Assembly (NCBI GenBank): GCA_964016885.1
Contig: OZ024755.1
Span: forward strand, 21,452,001-21,516,000
Reading direction: 5' to 3'
DNA length: 64,000 nucleotides
DNA from: Eledone cirrhosa
Lineage: Eukaryota
Shown: one piece after another, positions 40,354 through 53,162 of the stretch
Layout of the letters: each line of letters starts with the position of its first letter
Position numbering within the stretch: the first letter of the stretch is position 1
Program-made: the position numbers and the translations under genes
The notes under the pieces: model-generated
Told to the model about the DNA's origin: nothing
Seen by the model: only the letters and a program-made list of their open reading frames with translations
The model's database searches: none

Positions 40354-40547
40354 TTAACCCTTTAGCATTCATATTACACTATATATACTATTGTGTTTTC
40401 ATGGTAAAGGCTTTACCTCACATAATATCGAATCTATGAGATTTTGAAAGTATTTAATTTGCGAACAATACCTTAACATCAGTTTGAGCGACCAGTTACA
40501 GCAGAAAGAGATAGAGAATTCTGGCCGGTTTGAACATTAAAGGGTTA
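40354..40547. mobile_element. piggyBac-like MITE
   Basis: TTAA-ccctttagcatt ... aacattaaaggg-TTAA. Confidence 0.7.
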
Positions 40548-41343
40548 ATCATAATTATAATGACTCATCTATGCACAGGAACACAGAAATCCCCCTGGTT
40601 AGTGTCGGGCCATGCAGTAAGTTCACTGGCATTGATGGACTCTCAGCTGTTGTTACAGCATTCTTCTAAGAGAGAGAAACCTCTAGTTTATGTGGTTACT
40701 GGTCCTCTTGCTTAGGCTGGTCATCAGATTATAATCACTGAGACTTAGTGTTGTACAAGTGTTTGTCACTATAATCCATGGTGTACAGATGTCTCTTTTA
40801 TATTCTTCTCATCTTATTCTTGGCACCATGCAAACATTGCTGCAGCTATTGGATCACCAATGAAATATTGCCACTTCCATAGTTTCATTACCTCAGGAGA
40901 TGTCGTATAAGTGGGACCATTTGAGGTCCTCTAATCATATGTGTTGATGTGGCCTATGTTGGAGTGTTATCAGTGCTCTGGGGATGGGGTCTTGGTCTCG
41001 TCTTTTGTAGCTGGGTTGAAAATTTTAGGCTTTGGTTCCATCCAGAAGCTGTCACCTTTGAGATAGATGATATATACAAAGTGTTTAAGCTTTAGTTCCA
41101 CCTGGAAGCTGTCACATTTGATATATAGGCTGTATACAAATAATAGGCTGTATACAAATAATCAGAAAATGCCAAATCATCTGAATTCCAAAACTTTTCC
41201 AGTCCCAAACATTTTAACCTCTACTCCATAGCATCAGTATTATTGTTTTATTATGAGGTTTTATCATCTAATACTCTCTTATTTTGTACTCTGTAACATC
41301 AATATAATTGTATTGTTTATCAACTAATACCTTTCTCTTTCAG

Positions 41344-41429
41344 TTGTTTTGGATACAAATATTTGGTTCCACAGCACCAAAAATGTTGGATCTGACCTGA
41401 GCATTACAATTGGATCTGAATATGACTAA
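41344..41429 (+). CDS. JmjC/cupin-like protein, exon 4 (last coding exon)
   Basis: Acceptor ctttctctttcAG, phase 1. Reads (I)[27 protein letters not shown] then stop. Total CDS is 1089 nt (362 aa). Confidence 0.88.
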
Positions 41430-41439
41430 GCTCCACCAT

Positions 41440-41529
41440 TATACACACACACAGAGACACACACACACACACACCTACACCCACACATATATGTGTGTGT
41501 TTGTATATATATATATGTACATATATTTG

Positions 41530-41560
<31 letters not shown>

Positions 41561-42287
41561 ATATATATATATTTGTATGTATATATATACTTGTATATAT
41601 ATACTTGTATATATATACTTGTATATATATACTTGTATATATATATTTGTATATATATATTTATATATATATATATATTTGTATATATATATATATTTCT
41701 ATGTGTATATATATATATATTTGTGTATATATATTTGTATATATATATATATATGTATATATATTTGTATATATATATATGTATATATATTTGTGTATAT
41801 ATATTTGTATATATATATATGTATATATATTTGTATATATATATATGTATATATATATATGTATATATATATGTATATATATATATGTATATATATATGT
41901 ATATATATATATGTATATATATATATATGTATATATATATATGTATATATATTTGTATATATATATATGTATATATATATATGTATATATACGTATATAT
42001 ATATATTTATATATATTTGTATGTATATATATTTGTATATACTTATATATATGTATATATATATATTTATATATATTTGTATGTATATATATTTGTATAT
42101 ACTTATATATATGTATATATATATATGTATATATACGTATATATATATATGTATATATATTTGTATGTATATATATTTGTATATACTTATATATATGTAT
42201 ATATATATATACATATATATATTTGTATATACATATATATATGTATATATACATATAGATGTATTTATATATATATATATATATATA
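41440..42287. repeat. (CA)n/(TA)n microsatellite directly after the JmjC-like stop codon
   Basis: Direct reading. Confidence 0.95.
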
Positions 42288-42829
42288 AAGGAAAAGAAAC
42301 TGTCTGTGAAAGCTGGTGGTGGTCTGCATCCACAGAAATTATAGAGAGAAGACCAAGTGTTTGGTGGATACTGTAGGGAGAACGGGAATATGACATTTTG
42401 GGAATATCCCTTCATTTCATTTTATTTGTGTGTGTGTGTGTGGTAAAAGCTAATTTCAGGATGATGAACCTTACAAAGGAAATTACAGAGTGGGGTGTGT
42501 GAGTGTGGACAAGTGGAGTGATGTTGTACTGGTCAGGACTCATCTAACTCATGCAAGCAGGGGTAAATGGACATAAACCTCTCAAATGAAGGGTCAATTC
42601 TGAATTATCTGATCTCACTTCTCTTTCTTCCCAGTATACAAATTTATCCAAACACAAGAACTATTATAAACTATAAAAACCTGTTGGTGTTGTTGTTACT
42701 GTTGCTGTTTTCATTGTTGTTGTTGCTATTGCTGTTCATAGTATCATACATAGATATACTTAATTTGGTGCCAACTTAGTGTGCTTTCTACCTAGTCATT
42801 TACACTTTACCGTGTGGTCTACCTGGTCA

Positions 42830-44272
42830 TTAGCCAGTAGTTTACCTTACCCTAGCCCTAACTGGTAGAACATTGAGTTCATTGGAAAGCCTATACTTTA
42901 GCCTGTGGTCTATCTAAGCCTATCCCTAACATGATAGAAAGGTGAGATCATTAGAAAGTCTAGACTACAGATGCTATACTTTAGCCTGTGGTCTACATAA
43001 CCCTATCCCCAGCCTGGTAGAAAGGTGAGATCATTAGAAAGTCTAGACTACAGTTGCTATACTTTAGCCCAGGGTCTACCTAACCCTATCCCCAGCCTGG
43101 TAGAAAGGTGAGATCATTAGAAAGTCTAGACTACAGATGCTATACTTTAGCCCGGGGTCTACCTAACCCTAACATGATAGAAAGGTGAGCTCATTAGAAA
43201 GTCTAGACTACAGATGCTATACTTTAGCCTGTGGTCTACCTAACCCTATCCCCAGCCTGGTAGAAAGGTGAGATCATTAGAAAGTCGAGACTACAGATGC
43301 TATACTTTAGCCCGGGGTCTACCTAACCCTAACATGATAGAAAGGTGAGATCATTAGAAAGTCTAGACTACAGATGCTATACTTTAGCCTGTGGTCTACC
43401 TAACCCTATCCCCAGCCTGGTAGAAAGGTGAGATCATTAGAAAGTCTAGACTACAGATGCTATACTTTAGCCTGTGGTCTACCTAACCCTATCCCCAGCC
43501 TGGTAGAAAGGTGAGATCATTAGAAAGTCGAGACTACAGATGCTATACTTTAGCCCGGGGTCTACCTAACCCTAACATGATAGAAAGGTGAGCTCATTAG
43601 AAAGTCTAGACTACAGATGCTATACTTTAGCCTGTGGTCTACCTAACCCTATCCCCAGCCTGGTAGAAAGGTGAGATCATTAGAAAGTCTAGACTACAGA
43701 TGCTATACTTTAGCCTGTGGTCTACCTAACCCTATCTCCAGCCTGGTAGAAAGGTGAGATCATTAGAAAGTCTAGACTACAGATGCTATACTTTAGCCCG
43801 GGGTCTACCTAACCCTAACATGATAGAAAGGTGAGCTCATTAGAAAGTCTAGACTACAGATGCTATACTTTAGCCTGTGGTCTACCTAACCCTATCCCCA
43901 GCCTGGTAGAAAGGTGAGATCATTAGAAAGTCTAGACTACAGATGCTATACTTTAGCCTGTGGTCTACATAACCCTATCCCCAGCCTGGTAGAAAGGTGA
44001 GATCATTAGAAAGTCTAGACTACAGATGCTATACTTTAGCCTGTGGTCTACATAACCCTATCCCCAGCCTGGTAGAAAGGTGAGATCATTAGAAAGTCTA
44101 GACTACAGATGCTATACTTTAGCCCGGGGTCTACCTAACCCTATCCCCAGCCTGGTAGAAAGGTGAGATCATTAGAAAGTCTAGACTACAGATGCTATAC
44201 TTTAGCCCGGGGTCTACCTAACCCTAACATGATAGAAAGGTGAGCTCATTAGAAAGTCTAGACTACAGATGT
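42830..44272 (+). repeat. 83/77-bp satellite array (about 17 units)
   Basis: aaaggtgag at 43021, 43104 and 43181. Long unit contains cctaaccctatccccagcctggt; short unit contains cctaaccctaacatgat. Confidence 0.95.
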
Positions 44273-45083
44273 TATGGTAGACTGTACATTAAAGTAACAC
44301 TGCTTATATTTTGAGCCTGTAAATTTCTTTAAAACAAACAACTGAATAGACATTTGTGCTTTTGGTAAAAAAAATGAGGGATATAAGAATATGAAATACT
44401 TAATAAAATAAAAAATCGATATTTTATTGGGAGGTATCATATGTAAACATCAATATTTTATTAGGAGGTATCATGTGTAAAGGTCAATATTTGTATGAAA
44501 AATTGTATAATCTTTATAGATGTGAAATAAATGAATATATTGTTATGTAACATAAATGACTGATTTTGTTATTTTATATTGATTTCTTTCTTATTGTTTT
44601 GTTGTTTTTATCTTTGAACAATTTTCAAGTTTGTTAATTTGTTTGCAGTGAATTGGTAGAGTTGTTAGGGAGTCAGATTAAAGGCCCCCAGTATTTTTTT
44701 TGTTTCACTCTGTCCTAGGTTCAAAACCCACTGAGGTCAACTTTTAATACATTAATTGTTACCTTATAGACGTAAGTGTGTGTATATTTGGAGTGGGTGA
44801 GGGTTGTTTTTGTTGGTTTTAGAATTTTAGTTTTGGTGTTGCACGCCTGGTTTGGAAAGAGGCCTTGGGTTGTAATATTCTATGTCAATGTGTGTATGTA
44901 TTTGGAAGAGGGGAGAAATCTTATTCATACAAATATATTTTTATTTAATTTGTGCTGGTGCCACTATAAAATGCACCCAGTACACTCTGTAAAGTGGTTG
45001 GTGTTGGGAATGGCATCCAGCCATAGAAACCCTACCAAATATGAAATGTAAGAATGAAGATATAGTCCCACGATCTCTCTAGT

Positions 45084-45555
45084 CTCGGACTGTAATGACC
45101 ATCCAACATGTACCAGGATGGAAAGTGTTGGACTGTAATGACCATCCAACATGTACCAGGATGGAAAGTGTTGGACTGTAATGACCATCCAACATGTACC
45201 AGGATGGAAAGTGTTGGACTGTAATGACCATCCAACATGTACCAGGATGGAAAGTGTAGGACTGTAATGACCATCCAACATGTACCAGGATGGAAATTGT
45301 TGGACTGTAATGACCATCCAACATGTACCAGGATGGAAATTGTTAGACTGTAATGACCATCCAACATGTACCAGGATGGAAAGTGTTGGACTGTAATGAC
45401 CATCCAACATGTACCAGGATGGAAATTGTTAGACTGTAATGACCATCCAACATGTACCAGGATGGAAAGTGTTGGACTGTAATGACCATCCAACATGTAC
45501 CAGGATGGAAAGTCTCGGACTGTAATGACCATCCAACATCTACAAGGATGGAAAG
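45084..45555 (+). repeat. 43-bp minisatellite (about 11 units) amplified inside the tail of an RTE-tailed SINE-like element (44965-45580)
   Basis: Unit ggactgtaatgaccatccaacatgtaccaggatggaaagtgtt. Preceded by gtggttggtgttgggaatggcatccagcc and followed by gacattaaatgacgatgat. Confidence 0.9.
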
Positions 45556-46849
45556 AAGACATTAAATGACGATGATGGTAAAATGGAAGCAATGCTGTAC
45601 AAGTCTCTATATGTATATATACCTAAGTTTTATCTTTCTATCCACATGTTAATGTATACATGCTGGAATTTGGTAATCAATATCGAGAAGTGATGATACG
45701 AAATAAATAAAGCATATTAGTAAACACACGCACATATATATATGTGTGTGCGTGCATTTTCCACTATGCAAGCCACACTCACTCACACTTTTCTTTACGT
45801 TCAATATCACAGGTAGTGATATTTAAAACAAATAAGTTTATATTGTAGAAGAAGGAGGCCAGTTTCAGGTTGTTTGGCATCAAAAGAGTTAAAAAAGCAT
45901 ATAAGTTTAGATATGTTGTGTGTGTAAGCTGTTTATCTCTGATTGAATTAGGACCGAGGAGGGAATTGACTGGAAAATTGATTTAGTTTGAAAGTTTTAT
46001 ATGATTATTGTCAGTGATGGATGTGAAGAAGACACAGCTGGAATTTGGTAATCAATATCTAGAAGTGATGATACGAAATAAATAAAGCATATTGGTAAAC
46101 ATTTCCAGGGAGAGTTTCTGTCTTCATCTATAATGTAGTTATATAAAGAACAGGTATGCTAGAGATAGATGGAAATCTACAAGATTTACCTATTATTGCT
46201 ACTAATACATACTTTGCTACTAATACATAGAAATCTACAAGATTTACCTATTATTGCTACTAATACATACATTGCTACTAATACATAGTATTGCTGCAAA
46301 TACATAGTATTGCTAATAATAAAACATTGCTGCAAATACATGTTCATTCTCATAGTGGTGTCATCCAGTGCCAGGCCCTCAAATCTGTGTTCCAGGCTCC
46401 CATACTGTGGTTCCACACCGATCCTTCCTCAGAGCAGCGTCATCCAGTACTGGTCCCCTAAACTATGGTTATGCTATGAGATGGGTTTGGCGCGGCCAAC
46501 TGCCTGTCCCTCCTCATAGTGGAGTCAGGTGGCATCCAATACCCGAACTTAGGGTCTGCTGAAGCTGGCACATTACTGTAATTCTTGCACTTAATTCAGC
46601 CTCCTACCTTCTATCCCTAGTCAATGTGGCCCCGGATACTTGAACTTCTCTAGTGGCTTCAGTGGAACTACATTAACATGTAGGGTGCACTGTACAGGCT
46701 TACTTGAGAGGATGAGCACCTCAGTTTTCGCAGCAGGAGTTGAGTTTATTTATGTTTCAGGAACTAAATGATGAAACAACAAAGGTTTGGCAAGAAAATT
46801 ATGGCCGCAATTAAATGCTAAAGACTTAAATACATCATTATTGTATCAC

Positions 46850-47095
46850 ATAGTTTTCCCCAAGTAAACTCAACAGAGGGACTGGCTGTAGAAGTCAGCA
46901 GTAGTATAGTAATTAAGGCAATCAAGATATGAAGACAGGCAAGGCAGCTGAACCTTCGGTGATAGTTGCCGAGATGCTTAAAGCATCTAGGATGGTGGGA
47001 CACACCATAGCCACTCATATTGAAAACCAAGTGATACAAAATCGTGCCATACACAATGACTGGTATAGCAGTATAATCGTCAACTGCTACAAAGA
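46850..47095 (+). mobile_element. RTE-like LINE internal fragment
   Basis: KTGKAAEPSVIVAEMLKAS...DWYSSIIVNCYK matches 26960-27130. Confidence 0.8.
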
Positions 47096-47299
47096 TGTGT
47101 GTGCAGTTGATTGTCAATCTGCCGCTCCTAGTAAGAAAATAATTTATATATATTTAATAAAATATATGTGTATAAATACATATATTTTTAAAAATACAAT
47201 TATATACATATATGTATGTATTAATATATATAGTAATTATTTATTATTAATATAAATATACTATATATAAAATGGGAAGTATACAATCTAAAAAGAATC

Positions 47300-47570
47300 G
47301 AACTCACGATGGGTTTAAATACTTTGCGCATGCGCACTGATGTCTACTTTTTTGCGCATGTGTAATTGGCCTAATTCTGCTTCGCAAAAACAAAATGGCC
47401 GCTGGAATAATTTCTTTTTTTTCAAACCCGAATGAAAAACGTTAAAAACTTGGATTTTACTATTTATAAGGAGGTAAAGTAAAGTTTTATTTCCTTCCAT
47501 AAACGTCAGCAATAATTATTGAAACGATAGTTTTGTTTAGCTACTGCAACATCTCCATGTAGTGTTGTAT
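47300..47570 (+). repeat. Interspersed module, also at 59240-59515 and 60845-61085
   Basis: Shared aaacgttaaaaacttggatttt...aggtaaagta...aaacgatagttttgtttagct. Confidence 0.8.
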
Positions 47571-47749
47571 TTCAATGGTGCTCATTGTTACGTGATAGAT
47601 TGATCATGCTACATTATCTTACGTTTCCAAAGCAATCCAGGTTAAAGACAGATATGATGTTGTCATTGCTTATGTCTGTTCCACGTGTGTGCAGTTGATT
47701 GTCAATCTGCCACTCCTAGTAAGCAGTTAGAACCATACCTACATGGCAC

Positions 47750-48755
47750 ACCAAAACCACCGTCCTTCATAGTTGGTCAATTCCAGGTGAAAGGGTGATT
47801 GAAGCAGTTTAAGGACGTATACTTCTCGTGGGAACCTCTACGGCCAGTTACTTCTCTTAGTCAATGCTAGGTTGGAGAGGGACATGAGCACTTTAAAGGC
47901 GTAAACATCTCGTACGATCCTCTACGGCCAGCTAAACGATAATCAGTGCCTACTTAGAGGGCGTAAACATCTCGTAGGATCCTCTACAGCTAGCTAAACC
48001 CTGGTCACTAAAACCACCCTCCTCCACAGTTGGTGAATTCCATATGAGAGGGCGATTGAAGCACTTTAAGGGCGTAAACATCTCGTACGATCCTCTACGG
48101 CCAGCTAAACCTTGGTCAATGCCAGGTTAGATGGTGAAATAAGCAGTTTAAGGCCATATACTTCTTGTGGAATCCTCTACGGCCAGCTAAACCATGATCA
48201 GTGCTTGTTTAGAGGGTGTAAACATCTCGTAGGAACCTCTACAGCCAGCTAAACCCTCGTACGATAATCTCTGGTCAGAGGCTGAAAGAAGCAGTTTTAG
48301 AATGCATACTTCCCATAGTCAGCTCAAAAGTGACACAGAGGAGACTGAGGTTGGCTGGACAGGCTCACCGACATCCAGAGTTGACATTGCACTCGGTGCT
48401 CCTTTGGGAGCCCCTACATGGACACACTAGAAGAGGAAGACCAAGGTTAACATATGTTGATGCCCTAAGGACAGACACTGGTCTGTTGGAGATGCAGGAT
48501 ATGGCAGCGATAATGAGGGACAGAGACCGCTGGAGAGAACTCGTCCATGGATCTCGGGAATTTTACCCGCCTTAGACATAGACTTCCCATAGTATTTCCT
48601 ACGGCCAGCTGAACCCTAGAGGGCGAGAGAAGCATATACTTCACATAGTATCTCCTATGGCCAAAGAAGCAGTTTTATAGCGTATACGTACCATAGGATG
48701 TCGTACGGCCAACTAAAGCTGGTCAGTATCAGGTAAGAGGGCGAAAGAAGCAAGT
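47750..48755 (+). repeat. Degenerate ~80-bp tandem repeat (cctctacggccagctaaacc...)
   Basis: About ten recurrences of cctctacRgccagctaaac and gaagcagttt. Confidence 0.75.
48320..48581 (+). mobile_element. RTE-X-like LINE 3' fragment with 12-bp TSD
   Basis: RRLRLAGQAHRHPEL...LLWEP.HG...RGRPRLTYVD.L. TSD acttcccatagt at 48308-48319 and 48582-48593. Confidence 0.85.
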
Positions 48756-48829
48756 CAATAATGTTGCTGGACTGCCGTCTAAACGGAGGTAATATATATG
48801 TTACCAGCTTGAGATAAGTATATTTATTT

Positions 48830-49255
48830 CCATAAAAATTGTTCCGTATATACGTTCAAAATTACTTTATATATATAGAAACGGAATGAGTGAGATAACA
48901 TACGGAATATATTTTCAGACGTGTTATCTCCCTTTCCGTTTCTATATTTTTTTTTAAAAAAGTAAATAAAATTGTACCTATAAATATATCTATTTTACTT
49001 AGTAGAATTGCGGCTTGTGCGTGGCGATGCGCGCAACGGCTCGGACGTCGTCGGCTACGTATGTATGTGTCGTTTCCATACTATGTATCCCAAGTTCGAA
49101 TCGTTGTGGTGTGCACGTGGCTACGGCGGCTGGGATGTTTGCAGGCTGGCTATATGCTGGCCTGCGTCCTAGACCACGATGAGAATCCGCCTTACCCCCT
49201 TTTGCTCAAAAATGTTAGAATTATCTCCCTTTATTTAACTCTTTTTTTTCAAAAT
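48830..49255 (+). repeat. Left arm of a long diverged inverted repeat (hairpin plus CpG-rich core)
   Basis: Reverse complement aligns by eye with 56390-56815. Confidence 0.75.
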
Positions 49256-51430
49256 CATATTTCATATCGAAGTTTTTTTCGACTTTTGAGAAACATACAT
49301 TTCATATAGATTTTTTTTTTAGACTTTTGAAAAACACTCATTTCATATAGAATTTCTTTTCGACTTTTCAGAAACATACATTTCATATAGATTTTTTTTT
49401 CGACTTTTCAGAAACATACATTTCATATAGATTTTTTTTTTAGACTTTTGAAAAACACTCATTTCATATAGAATTTTTTTTCGACAACATACATTTCATA
49501 TAGATTTTTTTTTCGACTTTTCAGAAACATACATTTCATATAGATTTTTTTTTTCGACTTTTGAAAAACACTCATTTCATATAGAATTTTTTTTCGACTT
49601 TTCAGAAACATATATTTCATATAGAATTTTTTTTCGACTTTTGAAAAACACTCATTTCATATAGAATTTTTTTTCGACTTTTGAAAAACACTCATTTCAT
49701 ATAGAATTTTTTTTCGACTTTTCAGAAACATACATTTCATATAGATTTTTTTTTCGACTTTTCAGAAACATACATTTCATATAGATTTTTTTTTTAGACT
49801 TTTGAAAAACACTCATTTCATATAGAATTTTTTTTCGACTTTTCAGAAACATATATTTCATATAGAATTTTTTTTCGACTTTTGAAAAACACTCATTTCA
49901 TATAGAATTTTTTTTCGACTTTTGAAAAACACTCATTTCATATAGAATTTTTTTTCGACTTTTGAAAAACACTCATTTCATATAGAAATTTTTTTCGACT
50001 TTTCAGAAACATACATTTCATATAGAATTTTTTTTCGACTTTTGAAAAACACTCATTTCATATAGAATTTTTTTTCGACTTTTCAGAAACATATATTTCA
50101 TATAGAATTTTTTTTCGACTTTTGAAAAACACTCATTTCATATAGAATTTTTTTTCGACTTTTGAAAAACACTCATTTCATATAGAAATTTTTTTCGACT
50201 TTTGAAAAACACTCATTTCATATAGAATTTTTTTTCGACTTTTCAGAAACATACATTTCATATAGAATTTTTTTTCGACTTTTGAAAAACACTCATTTCA
50301 TATAGAATTTTTTTTCGACTTTTGAAAAACACTCATTTCATATAGAATTTTTTTTCGACTTTTCAGAAACATACATTTCATATAGAATTTTTTTTCGACT
50401 TTTCAGAAACACTCATTTCATATAGAATTTTTTTTCGACTTTTTAAAAACACTCATTTCATATAGAATTTTTTTTCGACTTTTGAAAAACATACATTTCA
50501 TATAGAAATTTTTTTCGACTTTTGAAAAACATACATTTCATATAGAATTTTTTTTCGACTTTTCAGAAACACACATTTCATATAGAATTTTTTTTCGACT
50601 TTTCAGAAACATACATTTCATATAGAATTTTTTTTCGACTTTTGAAAAACACTCATTTTATATAGAATTTTTTTTCGACTTTTGAAAAACATACATTTTA
50701 TATAGAAATTTTTTTCGACTTTTGAAAAACACTCATTTCATATAGAATTTTTTTTCGACTTTTGAAAAACACTCATTTCATATAGAATTTTTTTTCGACT
50801 TTTGAAAAACATACATTTTATATAGAATTTTTTTTCGACTTTTGAAAAACATACATTTTATATAGAAATTTTTTTCGACTTTTGAAAAACACTCATTTCA
50901 TATAGAATTTTTTTTCGACTTTTGAAAAACATACATTTCATATAGAAATTTTTTTCGACTTTTGAAAAACACTCATTTCATATAGAATTTTTTTTCGACT
51001 TTTCAGAAACATACATTTCATATAGAATTTTTTTTCGACTTTTCAGAAACATACATTTCATATAGAATTTTTTTTCGACTTTTCAGAAACACACATTTCA
51101 TATAGAATTTTTTTTCGACTTTTCAGAAACATACATTTCATATAGAATTTTTTTTCGACTTTTGAAAAACACTCATTTCATATAGAATTTTTTTTCGACT
51201 TTTGAAAAACATACATTTCATATAGAAATTTTTTTCGACTTTTGAAAAACACTCATTTCATATAGAATTTTTTTTCGACTTTTCAGAAACATACATTTCA
51301 TATAGAATTTTTTTTCGACTTTTCAGAAACATACATTTCATATAGAATTTTTTTTCGACTTTTGAAAAACACTTATTTCATATAGAATTTTTTTTGACAC
51401 TTTCAAAAACACACATTTCATATAGATTTT
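49255..51430 (+). repeat. 40-bp satellite array (about 54 units)
   Basis: Unit tttgaaaaacactcatttcatatagaattttttttcgact, with a tttcagaaacatac variant. Confidence 0.97.
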
Positions 51431-51884
51431 TGTTTAGACACTTCATTTAGATTCTTTTTAGACACTTCATTTAGATTCTTAGTTTCTTTTTAGACACTTC
51501 ATTGAGATTCTTAGCTTCTTTTTTTTTTTTTTTGAGACACTGTTCAAGGGAGGCAACTCTTACTTAGAAAGAGTTACCTCCCTTGATAAGGAAAAAAAAA
51601 TTGTTCTGCTTCTTACAGTTGCTATTTTCAAAAACTTTTTTAGCTTCTTTATTTAGAAACTTCATATACACTTACGCTCTTTACAGTACCTTTTACTCAG
51701 TTTCTTGTAGACTCTTGATTTCTTTAATCGGTTTTGTCAAAATAAACTGAACACAATTCGTATATAAGATGTAAACTTTCTTTATTCATTTATGGCAAAA
51801 TAAACGGAATACAATTCGTATATAGGATATAAACTTTCTTTATTCATTTATGGCAAAATAAACGGAATACAATTCGTATATAAT

Positions 51885-52778
51885 ATGTTACGTGATATAA
51901 ATCCAGTTAACACTGATCAACAGGAATAAAGAATCGTAAGAAGAAACTAAGAATGTAAATGGTTCTATTTTACGTGGGTCAAAGTGATATCGATCTAGTT
52001 AACACTGATCAACAGTTAAGTGTTGAAAAGGAACAAAGAATGTAAATAGTTCTACGTTACGTGAGTTAAAGTGATATCGAACTAGTTAACACTGATCAAC
52101 AGTTAAGTGTTGAAAAGGAACAAAGAATGTAAATAGTTCTACGTTACGTGAGTTAAAGTGATATCGAACTAGTTAACACTGATCAACAGTTAAGTGTTGA
52201 AAAGGAACAAAGAATGTAAATAGTTCTACGTTACGTGAGTTAAAGTGATATCGAACTAGTTAACACTGATCAACAGTTAAGTATTGAAAGGAACAAAGAA
52301 TCGTAAAAAGAAACTAAAATGTAAATGGGTTAAAGTGATATAAATCCAGTTAACACTGATCAACAGTTAAATATTGAAAGGAACAAAGAATCGTAAGAAG
52401 AAACTAAAATGTAAATGGGTTAAAGTGATATAAATCCAGTTACGTGTTGAAAAGGAATAGTAAGAAGAAACTAAGAATGTAAATGGTTCTATTTTACGTG
52501 GGTTAAAGTGATATCGAACTAGTTAACACTGATCAACAGTTAAGTGTTGAAAGGAACAAAGAATCGTAAGAAGAAACTAAAATGTAAATGATACTATGTT
52601 ACCTGGGTTAAAAAATGTAAATGGGTCTATGTTACGTGGGTTAAAGTGATATAAATCCAGTTAACACTGATCAACAGTTACGTGTTGAAAAGGAATAAAG
52701 AATCCTAAGAATGTAAATGGTTCTATGTTACGTGGGTTAAAATGATATAGATCTAGTTAACACTGATCAACAGTTAAT
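51885..52778 (+). repeat. 87-107-bp satellite array
   Basis: gttaacactgatcaacagttaagtgttgaaaaggaacaaagaat... units; period of 87 at 52081/52168. Confidence 0.9.
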
Positions 52779-53162
52779 CTTTGATTACGATAATGATATC
52801 TAAAAAAAATTCGTTCAAAACTTAAGTCGTCGGGCTTTACTATCGTGAGTTCGATTCTCAGACCGGACTTTGCGTTGTGTTCTTGAGCAAGACACCTTAT
52901 TTCCCGTTGCTCCAAATGACACAGTAGCAATTAGTTAGACAACAAAAGGTTTCTTTCTACGTACAAGAGAATACATGTGTGCGAGAAATGAAGCTGCCAT
53001 GCTTCATTGGGTGTGAAATAAATAAAGATAATAAAAATGTAGCTGTATATTCCTTTATAGAGAAGGTTTATATATTTTTCTGAGTAGACAGTATTTAGCA
53101 AAAAGAGAAGATAGTAAAACCTATTTTTGTGTCTCAAGAATATCTGCTAGTGTTGACAAGGT

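Noticed and set aside
31933-42415. Numerous long YI/IY/CV ORFs
   Set aside because: They are translations of (TA)n and (TG)n microsatellites.
49255-51430. CRISPR-like regular array
   Set aside because: The units are contiguous with no unique spacers, there are no cas genes, and the context is eukaryotic. The same applies to the 97-, 83- and 43-bp arrays.
51990-52270. Hammerhead-like look of the 87-bp satellite (ctgatca...gaaa)
   Set aside because: The core reads CUGAUCA rather than CUGANGA, stems I and II do not register, and the motif is absent from the 63.5-kb array.
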